A DNA stretch of 64,000 nucleotides, taken from the NCBI RefSeq assembly GCF_006345805.1, contig NC_043002.1, positions 108,438,001-108,502,000 on the forward strand, written 5' to 3'. Source of the stretch: Octopus sinensis (lineage: Eukaryota). The notes under the pieces were generated by a model, which saw only the letters and a program-made list of their open reading frames with translations, was not told the origin of the DNA and ran no database searches. Position numbers and translations under genes: made by a program. Below are positions 63,712 through 64,000 of this stretch, piece after piece (the first letter of the stretch is position 1; each line of letters opens with the position of its first letter).

Positions 63712-64000
63712 ATACGCAGAGCCAACCTAAATGAAATCAAGGATAATATAACAGAATTTTGCAGAAAATAAAGACTAGCAGAAGCATCAACCAGTTTCAA
63801 TACTGAAGATGAATCACTAGTCAAGAACAAAAGTGAACACATCCCCCACAGAGGAAGAAATAAAGATCTTGACGAATTCTGCAACCACATTGAGAACTTT
63901 CCCTACCATACTATACATAAACAGACAGTTAACTCAAATTTTAACACTACACAATGGAAGGAACTGATAGAACTTCAAAATGATGAAGATATAACCATTA
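63712..64000 (+). pseudogene. Penelope-like element ORF fragment just upstream of the RT core, runs off the window
   Basis: NITEFCRK*RLAE..SEHIPHRGRNKDLDEFCNHI..NSNFNTTQWKELIELQNDEDITI matches the PLE pattern F.RKLRL..NL...E...L..L....DI.IK.ADKG. One in-frame stop at 63769-63771. Begins where the (TA)n of a SINE A (63550-63712) would be. Confidence 0.7.

Overview
This is AT-rich, repeat-dominated eukaryotic DNA. The SINE repertoire, microsatellite load and retroelement types point to a cephalopod, probably Octopus; that is an inference from remembered repeat families, not a database result. There is no complete gene, rRNA, true tRNA gene or CRISPR array, and almost all ORFs in the supplied track are microsatellite or SINE artefacts. 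Supported content: (i) several tRNA-headed SINE families, labelled here A, C, E and F, plus an RTE-tail-like repeat B; (ii) decayed RTE, Dong/R4-type and CR1-like LINE fragments; (iii) non-autonomous Helitrons, a Helentron-type element, piggyBac-like MITEs and an hAT MITE with recognisable ends; (iv) mini- and microsatellites, a 1.19-kb tandem duplication and an 11-unit SINE-derived array; (v) a few candidate minus-strand exons of an unidentified gene with long introns. The most interesting signal is a Penelope-like-element (PLE) and hammerhead-ribozyme theme. It includes a tRNA-headed SINE whose 3' part carries a minimal type I hammerhead motif (six copies), about ten fold-back elements (palindrome plus a unique tail) mostly in or next to (TA)n tracts and several with hammerhead cores, and the start of a PLE reverse-transcriptase ORF at the right edge.
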